Assembly: GCA_016195325.1 (NCBI GenBank)
Contig: JACPZX010000016.1
Span: 8,703 to 72,702 of the forward strand
Source: Acidobacteriota bacterium
GTDB taxonomy: Bacteria; Acidobacteriota; Polarisedimenticolia; JACPZX01
Direction: 5' to 3'
DNA: 64,000 nt
Every line of letters begins with the position of its first letter. The stretch's first letter is position 1. Of this stretch, positions 18,439 through 28,270 are shown piece after piece. The notes beneath the pieces are model-generated. The model did not search any database. It was given only the letters and a program-made list of their open reading frames with translations, and was not told the DNA's origin. The position numbers were made by a program, and so were the translations under genes.

Positions 18439-20601
18439 TCACGCGCCCATCTGGCGCTCGACGTGATGCACTCCATCGACGCTCCGAAGCTTCTCGATCA
18501 CCCGCTCGAGATGCGGCCGATCCTGCACGTCGATGACGAGGGATATCCGCCCCTTCCCGTCCGCGGTCGTGCGCGCCTCCACGTCGCGGATGTTGGTCCG
18601 CTCGTCGGCGATGACGGAGGTCAGCCTCGCGAGCATCCCCGGGCGGTCCTCCGTGTGGACGACGATCGGGACGTCGTACAGCCCCGACGCCGGTTGGTGC
18701 TCGTCCCCCTCCCAGGCCACCTCGATCCTCCGGTGGGGATCGAAGAGGAGGTTCTCCACGTTCGGGCACCGGGCGTTGTGGACGGAGACCCCCTTCCCGA
18801 ACGTGATGTAACCCACGATCGCGTCGCCGCGGATCGGCTTGCAGCAGCGCGCCAGAGTGACCATGACGTCGTCGGACCCCGACACGCGCACGCGGCTGTC
18901 GCCCGCGCGCACCGCCGGCCTGGGGTGCGCGGGCTCCTCCCTCGGGTGCAGCACGTCCCTGGGCACCAGCTCCTCGAAGAGCTGGTGGATCGTCAGCTTC
19001 CCGTACCCGACGTGGACGTGGAAGTCGTCGAGGGTCTCGCACCCGAGCTTCCTCAGCGCCCGATCGAGCGTCCCGTCCGCGGCGAGCGTCCTCAGGCTCA
19101 GCTTGTACCGCTTGAGCTCGCGCTCGAACATCGCGCGCCCGACGTCGAGGCTCCGCCCCCGCTCGTGGGCGTTCAGCCAATGGCGGATCTTGTGCCGCGC
19201 GTGCGACGTCTTGACCGACGCGAGCCAGTCCCGGCTGGGCCTCTGCGCGGGTGACGTCAGGATCTCGATCACGTCGCCGTTCTTCAGCTCGCTCTTGATG
19301 GGAACCAGCCGGCCGTTGATGCGGGCGCCCGTGCAGTGGTTGCCGACCTCGCTGTGGATCGAGTACGCGAAGTCGATGGCGGTCGCGCCCCGGGGGAAGG
19401 CCCGGACCTCTCCACGGGGGGTGAACGTGTAGACCTCCTCCGCGTAGAGATCGAGCTTGACCGCGTGGAGGAACTCGGTCGAGTCCTTGGTCTCCTTCTG
19501 GAGATCGAGGAGGCGCTGAATCCACTGGAAGCCCTGCTCTTCCCGCCTGTCGAACGAGCGCCCCTCCTTGTATTTCCAGTGCGCGGCGATCCCCTGCTCG
19601 GCGACGGCGTGCATCTCGCGGGTCCGGATCTGCACCTCGAACGGGTAGCCGCGATCGGTCATCACCGACGTGTGAAGGCTCTGGTAGAGGTTGGGCTTCG
19701 GCATCGCGATGAAGTCCTTGAACCGGCCCGGCACGGGGCGCCACCCCTCCTGCCCGTGAATGACCCCGAGGGCGGCGTAGCAGCTCTTCACCGTGTCGGT
19801 GATGATCCGGAACGCCACGTAGTCGTAGACGCGATCGACGTCGATGTGCTGGACCCGCATCTTCTTGTAGATCGAGTACAGGTGCTTGACGCGCCCCTTG
19901 ATCTCGGCGGGCACGCCGGCCTCCCGCAGCTTCTCCTCGATCGTGCGGCGGATCTCCGAGATGTACTCCTCGCTGACGCGCCGCTGCTCGTCGAGCTTGC
20001 GGGAGAGCATCTCGAATCCCGGAGCGTCGAGGTGCTGGAGCGACAGGTCCTCGAGCTCGGCCTTGATGCGCCCCATCCCGAGGCGGTTGGCGAGCGGCGC
20101 GTAGATCTCGATGGTCTCGCGCGCGATCCGCTCCTGCTTCTCCGCGGAGAGGAACTCGAGGGTGCGCATGTTGTGGAGCCGATCGGCGAGCTTGACGAGG
20201 ATCACCCGGATGTCGTCGAACATCGCCAGCATCATCTTGCGGAAGTTCTCCGCCTGCTTCTCCTCCTCGCTCGTGAACGTGATGCGGGAGATCTTGCTCA
20301 GCGCCTCGACGAGGCTGGCGACCTCCGCCCCGAAGTACTCCTCGATGACCTCGCGCGTCGCGAGGGTGTCCTCGATGACGTCGTGGAGGAGGCCGCCGAT
20401 GACGCTGACCACGTCGAGCTTCAGATCGGCCAGGATGTACGCGACCTCGAGGGGGTGGGTCAGGTACGGCTCGCCGGACCGGCGCACCTGGCCGCGGTGC
20501 GCCATCGCGGAGAAGACGTAGGCCCTGCGGAGCAGATCGAAGTCGGCCTCCGGATGGTAGGCCGCGATCTTCTCCTGGATGTCCTCGAAACGGACCTTCA
20601 T
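18439..20601 (-). CDS. relA: Bifunctional (p)ppGpp synthetase/hydrolase (RelA/SpoT family)
   Basis: HD hydrolase domain (HRGQVRRSGEPYLTHPLEVA…HD), synthetase domain, TGS and ACT domains. The start is set at ATG 20601 (MKVRFEDIQ…), which has a GGAG SD. The track ORF extends further upstream to 20727. Confidence 0.92.
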   Translation of the reverse strand: MKVRFEDIQEKIAAYHPEADFDLLRRAYVFSAMAHRGQVRRSGEPYLTHPLEVAYILADLKLDVVSVIGGLLHDVIEDTLATREVIEEYFGAEVASLVEALSKISRITFTSEEEKQAENFRKMMLAMFDDIRVILVKLADRLHNMRTLEFLSAEKQERIARETIEIYAPLANRLGMGRIKAELEDLSLQHLDAPGFEMLSRKLDEQRRVSEEYISEIRRTIEEKLREAGVPAEIKGRVKHLYSIYKKMRVQHIDVDRVYDYVAFRIITDTVKSCYAALGVIHGQEGWRPVPGRFKDFIAMPKPNLYQSLHTSVMTDRGYPFEVQIRTREMHAVAEQGIAAHWKYKEGRSFDRREEQGFQWIQRLLDLQKETKDSTEFLHAVKLDLYAEEVYTFTPRGEVRAFPRGATAIDFAYSIHSEVGNHCTGARINGRLVPIKSELKNGDVIEILTSPAQRPSRDWLASVKTSHARHKIRHWLNAHERGRSLDVGRAMFERELKRYKLSLRTLAADGTLDRALRKLGCETLDDFHVHVGYGKLTIHQLFEELVPRDVLHPREEPAHPRPAVRAGDSRVRVSGSDDVMVTLARCCKPIRGDAIVGYITFGKGVSVHNARCPNVENLLFDPHRRIEVAWEGDEHQPASGLYDVPIVVHTEDRPGMLARLTSVIADERTNIRDVEARTTADGKGRISLVIDVQDRPHLERVIEKLRSVDGVHHVERQMGA

Positions 20602-20678
20602 GGGAGGGCTCTCCGAGCCGGGAATATACACCGGCTCCCGGAGGAGGCGGGGCGCCGGAGCGCCCGCGCGGCGGGGCG

Positions 20679-21857
20679 CTAGGCCCGGACCGCGGCCTTC
20701 TTGCGCTCCGCGATCCAGCGCATCCACCAGACGACCACGGGGGACGAGATGTAGATCGTCGAGTAGGTTCCCGAGATGGAGCCGACGAGCAGGGCGAACG
20801 AGAACGGCTCGAGACGGCTGCCGCCGAAGACCCAGATGCTGACCAGCACGATCCAGACGAGGAAGCTCGTCAGGATGGTGCGGCTGAGCGTCTCGTTGAT
20901 GCTGTCGTTGAACGTCTTCTCGATGTTCGTGCTCCGGCGGAGCCTCAGGTTCTCGCGGACGCGGTCGAAGATGACGATCGTGTCATTGAGCGAGTACCCG
21001 ACGATCGTCAGGACGGCCGCGAGCACGGTGAGATCGAATTCCTTCTGGAAGAACGAGATGAACCCGAGGGTCACCATCACGTCGTACGCGAGGGTGACGA
21101 TCGCCGAGACGCCGTACGACCAGGCCTTGAACCTGAAGGCGATGTACATGAGCATCACGACGAGCGACATGACGACCGCCCATCGCGCCTTGCTCCGGAG
21201 ATCGGCGCCGACGGCGGGCCCGACGTAGTCGATCGAGACGATCGAGAAGCGCCCGGCGATCGCGCTCGCGCCGAGCCATCCGGCGACGGCCGGCGTGATC
21301 TCGGGCAGCGCCTTCACCATCGCGACGTCGGCGATCAGCTCTCCGTGCTCCTTGCGGTAGCGCTTGATCGCCAGCGCGGCGCGCTCCGCCTCGTCCTCCC
21401 GTCCGGGCCCCAGGGCCGAGACGAGGTTGCGCTTGATCTCGCTCGCCCCTGCGGCGTTGAGATCGACCTTCCCCTGCGCGGCGGCGGTGTCCTCGGGTGT
21501 CCGGATGGCGCGGAGGACGTCGGCCGCGAGATCCTCCTGCTCCTTCGGCTCCTCCGTGGCGCTGCCCCGCGCGTGCGCGTCGATCTGGATGAGGACCTCG
21601 TTGTCCGCGGCCGCGCCGAACGCCTGGAGGCTCACGCCGTGGAACCCGGCGGCCTCGAGGCCCGAGCGGATCTGCTGCGTCGGCGGCGTCTCACGGAACT
21701 TCAGCTGGACGTCCGCGCCGCCGCGGAAGTCGATGCCGAGCGGGATGCCGCGGATCGCGAGCGAGGTGATGCTCAGCGCCACGACGAGCAGCGAGGCGGT
21801 GACGAAATACTTCTTCTTGCCGAGGAAGTCGAACTTCGGGTTTGTCAGGATCTGCAT
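20679..21857 (-). CDS. secF: Protein translocase subunit SecF
   Basis: 392 aa with a SecF periplasmic domain and six TM helices; immediately downstream of secD. Confidence 0.9.
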   Translation of the reverse strand: MQILTNPKFDFLGKKKYFVTASLLVVALSITSLAIRGIPLGIDFRGGADVQLKFRETPPTQQIRSGLEAAGFHGVSLQAFGAAADNEVLIQIDAHARGSATEEPKEQEDLAADVLRAIRTPEDTAAAQGKVDLNAAGASEIKRNLVSALGPGREDEAERAALAIKRYRKEHGELIADVAMVKALPEITPAVAGWLGASAIAGRFSIVSIDYVGPAVGADLRSKARWAVVMSLVVMLMYIAFRFKAWSYGVSAIVTLAYDVMVTLGFISFFQKEFDLTVLAAVLTIVGYSLNDTIVIFDRVRENLRLRRSTNIEKTFNDSINETLSRTILTSFLVWIVLVSIWVFGGSRLEPFSFALLVGSISGTYSTIYISSPVVVWWMRWIAERKKAAVRA

Positions 21858-21864
21858 CGGTTCC

Positions 21865-23454
21865 TCAGATGCTCAGCCGCTCGACGCGTCGGCCCTGGCC
21901 GACCCTCCAGTCGAAGAGCGCCTTGGAGACGAAGAATGCCGTGAACATGCTCGCGATCAGGCCGATGCACAGCGAGACGGCGAACCCCTTGACGGGGCCG
22001 CTGCCGAACTGGATCAGCACGAGCGACGAGATGACGGCGGTGACGTGCGAGTCGAAGACGGCGCTGAAGGCGCGCTTGAAGCCGGCGTCGAGGGAAGCCC
22101 TCACGGTCTTCCCCAGGCGCAGCTCCTCGCGGATTCTCTCGAACACGAGGATGTTCGCGTCGAACGCGATGCCGAAGGTCAGGATGATGCCGGCGATGCC
22201 GGGGAGGCTGAGCGTGGCGCCGAGGTACGACATCATCGAGAGGATGATCAGGATGTTGATGACGAGCGCGACCACGGCGTTGATGCCCGCGCCCCTGTAG
22301 TAGACGAGCATGAAAATGACCGAGAGGCCGAGGCCGACGACCGACGCCGTGACGCCCTTGCGGATCGAGTCGAGACCCAGCGATGCGCCGACGGTCCGCT
22401 CCTCGATCACGTTGGTCCCGGCCGGGAGCGCGCCCGACCTCAGCTTGAGCGCGAGGTCGTCCGCCTCCTCGATGGAGAAGCTCCCCTCGATGATGCCGTT
22501 CGTGTTGATCACGCCGTTGATGCTGGGGGCGGAGATCACCTTCTTGTCGAGAAGGATCGCGAGCTGCTTGTGGAGGTTCTCGCGCGTCAGCTTCTCGAAC
22601 CGGACGCCCGCATCGGAGGTGAGCTGGAAGTCGACGGCCGGCATCCCGAGATTGTTCTGGCCGCGGCGGGCGAGCACGAGATCGTTGCCGCTGATCGGCG
22701 ACGACACGGTCAGAGGCCAGTAGAGCGTCTGCCGCGCCCCGTCCGCCCCGATCTTCTCCTGGGGGAAGACCGCGGTGTCCTGGGGGAGCGTGCCGCCGAA
22801 CATCTGGAGGACGCTCGGCTCGTCGGGAAGGCCGCCGAAGGTCTGCCCCTGGAAGTTCGCCGGCAGGCTCACCAGCTTGTACTCCAGGAAGGCGGGGGTC
22901 GAGAGCAGATCTCGCACGCGCTCCGGATTCTCGATGCCGGGGAGCTGGATGAGGATGCGGTCGCTGCTGAGCCCCTGCCGCTGGACGTTGGGCTCGGCGA
23001 CGCCGAAGGCGTCGACGCGGCGGCGGATCCGCTCGAGGGTGTCGGTGACGGCGGTCTCGCGGGCGAACGAGAGCTCCTGCGACCCCATCGTGACCCTGAA
23101 GTCGTTCCCCTCCTTCGAGACGCGCCACGAGGGGAGCTGCTCCGAGAACACCTTGCGGAACTCGTCCTGCGCGACGGGGTCGGCGCCGACGATGACCAGC
23201 CCGCCCCCCGCGACATCCGGGTTGATGTGCGCGACCTTGAGCCCCCGCCGGTTGAACTGCTCGGTCAGCGACGTCGAGCGGAGATCGAGCGAGGCCTTCA
23301 CCGCGTCATCGGTTCTCACCTGGAGGACGAGGTGGATTCCGCCCTTCAGGTCGAGCCCGAGGTGCACCTTTTCCTGCACCGGGAAGACCATGAACGACGT
23401 GATCGCCACGACGGCGAGGATGAGCAGCAGCTTCCATCTCAGGTCTTTGGACAC
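21865..23454 (-). CDS. secD: Protein translocase subunit SecD
   Basis: 529 aa with a SecD periplasmic domain and an RND-like TM bundle. Confidence 0.9.
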   Translation of the reverse strand: MSKDLRWKLLLILAVVAITSFMVFPVQEKVHLGLDLKGGIHLVLQVRTDDAVKASLDLRSTSLTEQFNRRGLKVAHINPDVAGGGLVIVGADPVAQDEFRKVFSEQLPSWRVSKEGNDFRVTMGSQELSFARETAVTDTLERIRRRVDAFGVAEPNVQRQGLSSDRILIQLPGIENPERVRDLLSTPAFLEYKLVSLPANFQGQTFGGLPDEPSVLQMFGGTLPQDTAVFPQEKIGADGARQTLYWPLTVSSPISGNDLVLARRGQNNLGMPAVDFQLTSDAGVRFEKLTRENLHKQLAILLDKKVISAPSINGVINTNGIIEGSFSIEEADDLALKLRSGALPAGTNVIEERTVGASLGLDSIRKGVTASVVGLGLSVIFMLVYYRGAGINAVVALVINILIILSMMSYLGATLSLPGIAGIILTFGIAFDANILVFERIREELRLGKTVRASLDAGFKRAFSAVFDSHVTAVISSLVLIQFGSGPVKGFAVSLCIGLIASMFTAFFVSKALFDWRVGQGRRVERLSI

Positions 23455-23473
23455 GATTCGATTCTCCGAGGGA

Positions 23474-23782
23474 TTACTCTTCCTTCTGGAGCCCGGCGAT
23501 TGCGTTGCGCGCGACGTCGATCTTCACGCCGTTGGAGACGCGGAGCTGGATGATGTCGTCGGTGATCCCCGCGACGGTCCCGTAGATGCCGCCGCTCGTG
23601 ATGACCCGGTCGCCGTTCTTCAGCGACTTGAGCATGGCCTCCACCGCCTTCTGCTTCTTGCTCGCCGGGCGGAACATGAGGAAATAGAAGATGACGAAGA
23701 CCAGCCCCATCGGGACGATGAACTGGAAGAAGAGATTGGGCGCCTCGGCGGCGGGGGCGGCGGGCTGCTGCAGGAAGTGCAT
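23474..23782 (-). CDS. yajC: Preprotein translocase subunit YajC
   Basis: YajC core FLMFRPASKKQKAVEAMLKSLKNGDRVITSGGIYGTVAGI. The start is placed at the internal ATG (23782) that gives a typical ~100-aa YajC. Confidence 0.85.
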   Translation of the reverse strand: MHFLQQPAAPAAEAPNLFFQFIVPMGLVFVIFYFLMFRPASKKQKAVEAMLKSLKNGDRVITSGGIYGTVAGITDDIIQLRVSNGVKIDVARNAIAGLQKEE

Positions 23783-23915
23783 CACTGTTTGAAGAAAACT
23801 CCCTATCGCGACGTCATGCAGATCGCGCGACAACGACGAGTCCTGTGGATCGAGAGGCCGGGTAGTCTGAGGCAGCACCCCGTGAATGTCAAGGCACGGC
23901 CGATGGACACGGAGA

Positions 23916-24692
23916 ATGCGCGCGGCTAGCCTCGCGGCCATGGCCGACTGGACGACGCTTCAGACCGATTCCGGGGACCGCGCCCTCGTCTGCGGCCCGC
24001 TGGCCGGCGCCGGGCTCGCTCACATGTTCACGCTCCGCCCGGCCGGGACGATCGCGTCCGGCACCGCCATCCCCGCCGGCCTGCTCGCGCGGATCGCCCT
24101 CGACGGGATTCCGATCTCGAGGCCGAGGCAGGTTCACGGCTCGATCGTCGCGACCCCCGCCGGCGCGAGCGGCGGGACCTCCCCCCCGGAGGCGGACGCC
24201 GTGGCCGTCACGACCGGGGGCGGGGCGGCCGCCATCGCGACCGCCGACTGCGTCGGCGCGATTCTCCTCGACCCCGGGTCGGGGGCCTTCGCCGTCGTGC
24301 ACGCGGGGTGGCGCGGAACGCTCGCGAGGGTCGTGCCCGCCGCGATCGAGACGCTCACGATCCGCGGCGGCGCGCGCCCAGGGCGGATGGTGATGGCGAT
24401 GGGGCCGTCGATCCGGGGGTGCTGTTACGAGGTCGGCGAGGAGGTCCTCGCGCCGTTCCGCCGCTCCTTTCCCGACGCGGACAGGCGCGGGATCTTCGGT
24501 GAGCGCGGAGGGCGTGAGACGGTCGACCTCGTGGCCGCGAACCGGGCCCTGGCCGAACAGTGCGGCCTCGATCCCCTCGGGATCCACGCCTCGGATCTGT
24601 GCACGTCGTGCCGCACGGATCTCTGCTGGTCGTATCGGAAGGCCGGCGCGGGCGCCGGCCGGATGTGGACTCTCGCCGGTCGCCCCGGCTAG
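23916..24692 (+). CDS. pgeF: Peptidoglycan editing factor PgeF (YfiH/DUF152 laccase-domain protein)
   Basis: Motifs QVHGSIV, ADA, ADCVGAIL, HAGWRG, GPSIRGCCYEVGEEV and CTSC. The start is ambiguous among ATGs at 23886, 23916 and 23940. Confidence 0.8.
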   Translation: MRAASLAAMADWTTLQTDSGDRALVCGPLAGAGLAHMFTLRPAGTIASGTAIPAGLLARIALDGIPISRPRQVHGSIVATPAGASGGTSPPEADAVAVTTGGGAAAIATADCVGAILLDPGSGAFAVVHAGWRGTLARVVPAAIETLTIRGGARPGRMVMAMGPSIRGCCYEVGEEVLAPFRRSFPDADRRGIFGERGGRETVDLVAANRALAEQCGLDPLGIHASDLCTSCRTDLCWSYRKAGAGAGRMWTLAGRPG

Positions 24693-26050
24693 CCCTTCGA
24701 GGCGGCCTTGCCCGGAGGCGCGAGCTTCTTGAGCTCCTGCACCATCTGCTTCGCCTCCGCGGCCTTCGCGTCCTTCGGGCTCAGCTTCAGAAACGTCTCG
24801 AAGTGGCCGACCGCTCCGGGGAAATCGCCGAGCTTCACCAGCGTGTAGGCGAGCTGGAAGTGGGCCATGGCGTGGTTCGGGTCCTTCTCGAGCACCTTCT
24901 TGTAGTAGACGTCCGCCTTCTGCGGCTCGTCGCGGTTGAAGGCGAGATTCCCCAGGTTGTAGAGAGACTTTCCCGTGGGATCGCGATCCCCGAGCTTCGT
25001 GTACATCTCCTCTTCCTTCGCCTTGTTCCCCGTCTCTTTGTACAGCGCGGCGAGGGAGGTGTACGCGTCGAGGTCGTCGGGGTTGTGCGCGATCATCCCC
25101 TGGTACAGCTCGATCGCCTTGTCGGGCTGTCCCGTGTCGGAGTACAGGCCCGCGAGCGCGTCGACGACCGCCTCGCTGTCCGGGCTCAGCGTCTTCTCGT
25201 CCTCGAGCGCCTGCACCGCCTGGATCTTTCGTCCCTTCTTGTCGTACACGCGCGCGAGATAGAAGCTGACGCCGGTCTTCGTCGGATCGAGAGCCTTCGC
25301 CTTCTTCAGCGACGTTTCCGCGTCGGCAAGCGCGTCGGTCTCGAACTGCGAGCGGCCGAGCCGGTAGTAGCCTTCCGCGTTGTTCGGATCGTCGGGGGCC
25401 TTCTCCACCGACTCCTTCAGGAGCGGGATCGCGCCGGCGTAGTCCTTCTGATCGAGCTTGTCCATCGCCAGCTCGAACGACGTCTTCTTGTCGCCGGTGC
25501 CCGCCGTCGGCGGCGGGAGCGCCTGCCCCGGCTCGGCCGGCTTGCCCGGATCGGTCGCGGGCACCCCCTTGTACTCGGCGTAGAGCTTGTTGACGGTCGC
25601 CATGTGCTTGTCGGGAGTGGTGAGGACCCAGTCGATCTTGTTCCTCGACTTGCTGGTCAGGTCGCCCGTGGCGAAGACGTGGACCTTCTTCTCGAACTCC
25701 TGCTTCTCGTTGAAGAAGTATGTGATGGAGTTCTTGACGCCGTCCCCGTTGGTGATCTCGGAGAGCTGGCGGACCACCAGGTAGCCTTCCTTCTTCGCGA
25801 TCAGGATGTACTCGCCGGGCTCGACGATATAGAGGTAGGAGCCCTTCTTGCTCGTCTTCGCCGGCTTGAGCAGGGCGTTGGTGTCAACTCTCCTGAGGCT
25901 GATCTCCACGGCCTCGAGCGGATTCCCCGCTTCGTCTGCGGCGATCCCTTCGATGCGCGCGACGACCTGGCAGAAGGCCGGGACGGCGAAAAAGGACGAG
26001 ACGGCGAGAACGAGGGACGCGGCGGCTGTCGATCGGGTTGGATTTTTCAT
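24689..26050 (-). CDS. Secreted protein: CarboxypepD_reg-like beta-sandwich followed by a multi-TPR domain
   Basis: The ATG at 26050 gives MKNPTRSTAAASLVLAVSSFFAVPAFCQ (signal peptide). This is followed by a transthyretin/CarbopepD_reg-like segment and then about eight TPR-like repeats. Confidence 0.7.
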   Translation of the reverse strand: MKNPTRSTAAASLVLAVSSFFAVPAFCQVVARIEGIAADEAGNPLEAVEISLRRVDTNALLKPAKTSKKGSYLYIVEPGEYILIAKKEGYLVVRQLSEITNGDGVKNSITYFFNEKQEFEKKVHVFATGDLTSKSRNKIDWVLTTPDKHMATVNKLYAEYKGVPATDPGKPAEPGQALPPPTAGTGDKKTSFELAMDKLDQKDYAGAIPLLKESVEKAPDDPNNAEGYYRLGRSQFETDALADAETSLKKAKALDPTKTGVSFYLARVYDKKGRKIQAVQALEDEKTLSPDSEAVVDALAGLYSDTGQPDKAIELYQGMIAHNPDDLDAYTSLAALYKETGNKAKEEEMYTKLGDRDPTGKSLYNLGNLAFNRDEPQKADVYYKKVLEKDPNHAMAHFQLAYTLVKLGDFPGAVGHFETFLKLSPKDAKAAEAKQMVQELKKLAPPGKAASKG

Positions 26051-26266
26051 GGGCTCCTTTGAGGGCGCGGAGGAGCGCGGACTCCAGCAGGCAGTATATT
26101 CGGGTGACGAGGCCGGCGGCAAGGGACGAACCCCAATCGTTGACACGACTTCGCTTCTGGTTGTAATGTTCCGACCCTGGTGAGGAACATGGCCTGAAGT
26201 AAGCCACTCGCTCCGCTCTCGATGTCCCTGCCTCACTCGCTCCCCGCCCTGCCGGGATAGGAGCCC

Positions 26267-28180
26267 ATGGCGCTTCAGAAGCTCGGCAAGTACGAGATCG
26301 TCGGAGAACTGGGTCGCGGCGCCATGGGCGTCGTCTACAAGGCCTTCGATCCGGTCCTCGAGCGCGAGGTCGCTCTCAAGACGATGATGGCGTCCATGAG
26401 CGGCATGGACGCGGAGAGCAAGGCCCGCTTCTACCGCGAGGCCCGCTCGGCGGCCAAGCTCACCCACCGGAACATCGTCACCATCTACGACATGGGCGAG
26501 GAAGAGGGAATCCCCTTCATCGCGATGGAGTTCCTCGACGGGGTCGACCTGCACAAGAAGATGAAGCGCGACGGCCCGATGCCCCTCAAGGAGGGGCTCA
26601 AGATCACCAGCCAGATCCTGCACGGCCTGAACTACGCGCACCAGTTCCAGATCGTGCACCGCGACATCAAGCCCGCCAACGTCTACATCCTGAAGAACGG
26701 GACCGCGAAGATCCTCGACTTCGGCATCGCCAAGCTCGCCAGCTCCGAGATGACGCGCACGGGGATGGTCCTGGGGACGGTCGACTACATGTCGCCCGAG
26801 CAGATCCGCGCCGACAAGATGGTGGACGGGCGCTCCGATCTCTTCTCGGCGGGGGTCATCCTCTTCGAGATGATGGCGGGGTGCAAGCCGTTCCCCGGCG
26901 AGACGATCACGCAGGTCATGTTCAAGATCGTCCACGATTCGCCCGGCGAGATGCCCACGGAGCGGGAGCTCCCGCCGAGGCTCGTCGCCATCTCCCGCCG
27001 GGCGCTCGAGAAGGACCCCGCCGTCCGTTTCCAGACCGGCGAGGACTTCGCGAACGATCTCGAGGCGGTGATTCGCGACATCGACGCCGAGCTGACGACG
27101 GTCCGCCAGATGGCGCCCGCGAGCCTCGACCCGCGAGCCGGCATCTCGAACGCGCGGCGGCTCTTCGAAGGAGGCTCCTTCATCGAGTCGGCCGCGATGC
27201 TCCGCGAGGTGCTGAAGAAGGATCCGGAGAACCGGGAGGCGACGGCGCTCTTCACCGTCGTCGAGCGCCGCCTCGGCGGCAGCGACAAGACGGTGATGCT
27301 CGACGGCGAGGGGGCGCAGAAGGCGTCCGGGTCCTCGGGGTCCGGGGCGCGCTCGGGGAGCATCGAGCAGATCCTCGCCGAGATTGAAGAGGAGCGGAAG
27401 ACCGGGCACGACCCGGCCCGGAGCGACGCCGGCAATCCCAACCTGACGCTGAGGCTCGACGATTCGGGGCCGCAGCCCGCGCCCCCGGTGGCGGCGAAGC
27501 CGCAGACGCAGACACCCTCGCGCCCCGCGCCCCCTCCGCCGGTGAGCCCGGATCGTCCCACCGAGCAGTTCACCCCTCCCTCCCGCGCCGTCAGCAGGCC
27601 GGAGCCCCTCCCGAAGGGGGAGAGGAAGACGGAGGCGAAGCCCTCCCCGACCGCCACGCCGAAACCTGCCGCCATGAGGCAGCCCGCCGCTTCGCCGGCC
27701 GCGGCGCGCTCGCCCCTGCCGATGATCCTGGGCGGCGCCGCCGTCCTCGCGCTCATCGTGGGGGTGGTGCTCTACATGAGGAGCTCGAAGCCCGCCCAAC
27801 CCTCCGTCACGACGATCCCTCAGAGCGCCCCGTCGGGGGCCCCCTCCGGGGCGCCGCCGGCGTCCACGGGCGCCCCGGCCGCGGCGACGACCGCGGGGTT
27901 CCTCGCGATCGACGCCGAGCCGTGGGCCGAGGTCACGGCGATCCGCGAGGCAGGCGGGGGGAAGGCGACGGCGCTGCCGGCGGAGGCGGGGCACGCGGGA
28001 CCGACGACCCCCCTCGTCGTCCCTCTCCCACCGGGCCGCTACGAGGTCGTCCTCAGGAATCCCGAGTTCCAGGAAGTGACCCTGCGCGACGTGCAGATCG
28101 CGCCGGGGGAGTGGACCCGAAAGCACCAGATGATGCCCGGATTCTCCTACAAGTCGAAGATGCCGGCGGGAGTTCCTTGA
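26267..28180 (+). CDS. Hanks-type Ser/Thr protein kinase with a C-terminal TM helix and an extracytoplasmic PEGA-like domain
   Basis: GELGRGAMGVVYKA…VALK, HRDIKPANV, DFGIAK and SPEQ motifs. A Pro-rich linker leads to TM helix ILGGAAVLALIVGVVLYM and a ~120-aa C-terminal PEGA-like beta domain. Confidence 0.9.
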   Translation: MALQKLGKYEIVGELGRGAMGVVYKAFDPVLEREVALKTMMASMSGMDAESKARFYREARSAAKLTHRNIVTIYDMGEEEGIPFIAMEFLDGVDLHKKMKRDGPMPLKEGLKITSQILHGLNYAHQFQIVHRDIKPANVYILKNGTAKILDFGIAKLASSEMTRTGMVLGTVDYMSPEQIRADKMVDGRSDLFSAGVILFEMMAGCKPFPGETITQVMFKIVHDSPGEMPTERELPPRLVAISRRALEKDPAVRFQTGEDFANDLEAVIRDIDAELTTVRQMAPASLDPRAGISNARRLFEGGSFIESAAMLREVLKKDPENREATALFTVVERRLGGSDKTVMLDGEGAQKASGSSGSGARSGSIEQILAEIEEERKTGHDPARSDAGNPNLTLRLDDSGPQPAPPVAAKPQTQTPSRPAPPPPVSPDRPTEQFTPPSRAVSRPEPLPKGERKTEAKPSPTATPKPAAMRQPAASPAAARSPLPMILGGAAVLALIVGVVLYMRSSKPAQPSVTTIPQSAPSGAPSGAPPASTGAPAAATTAGFLAIDAEPWAEVTAIREAGGGKATALPAEAGHAGPTTPLVVPLPPGRYEVVLRNPEFQEVTLRDVQIAPGEWTRKHQMMPGFSYKSKMPAGVP

Positions 28181-28270
28181 GCCGGCGCCGACGATTCGAG
28201 TTCACACGGCCCATCCCATCGGTTGGACGACGGAGTCCAGAGGGGCCCAGGAAACCATGGAGGCAGATGC

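Noticed and set aside
17684-19744. 686-aa ORF on the minus strand spanning rpmB, ridA and relA
   Set aside because: Wrong frame or antisense relative to L28, RidA and RelA/SpoT, all of which have clear homologs. The product is low-complexity.
21364-23553. 729-aa plus-strand ORF, and 427-aa minus-strand ORF 21845-23128
   Set aside because: Antisense or off-frame to secD and secF.
24560-28126. ORF 24689-28126 (-, 1145 aa) and 24560-26062 (+, 500 aa)
   Set aside because: Only the 3' third of the 1145-aa frame, from ATG 26050, is a real secreted TPR gene. Upstream, the frame is antisense to the Ser/Thr kinase. The plus ORF is antisense to the TPR gene.
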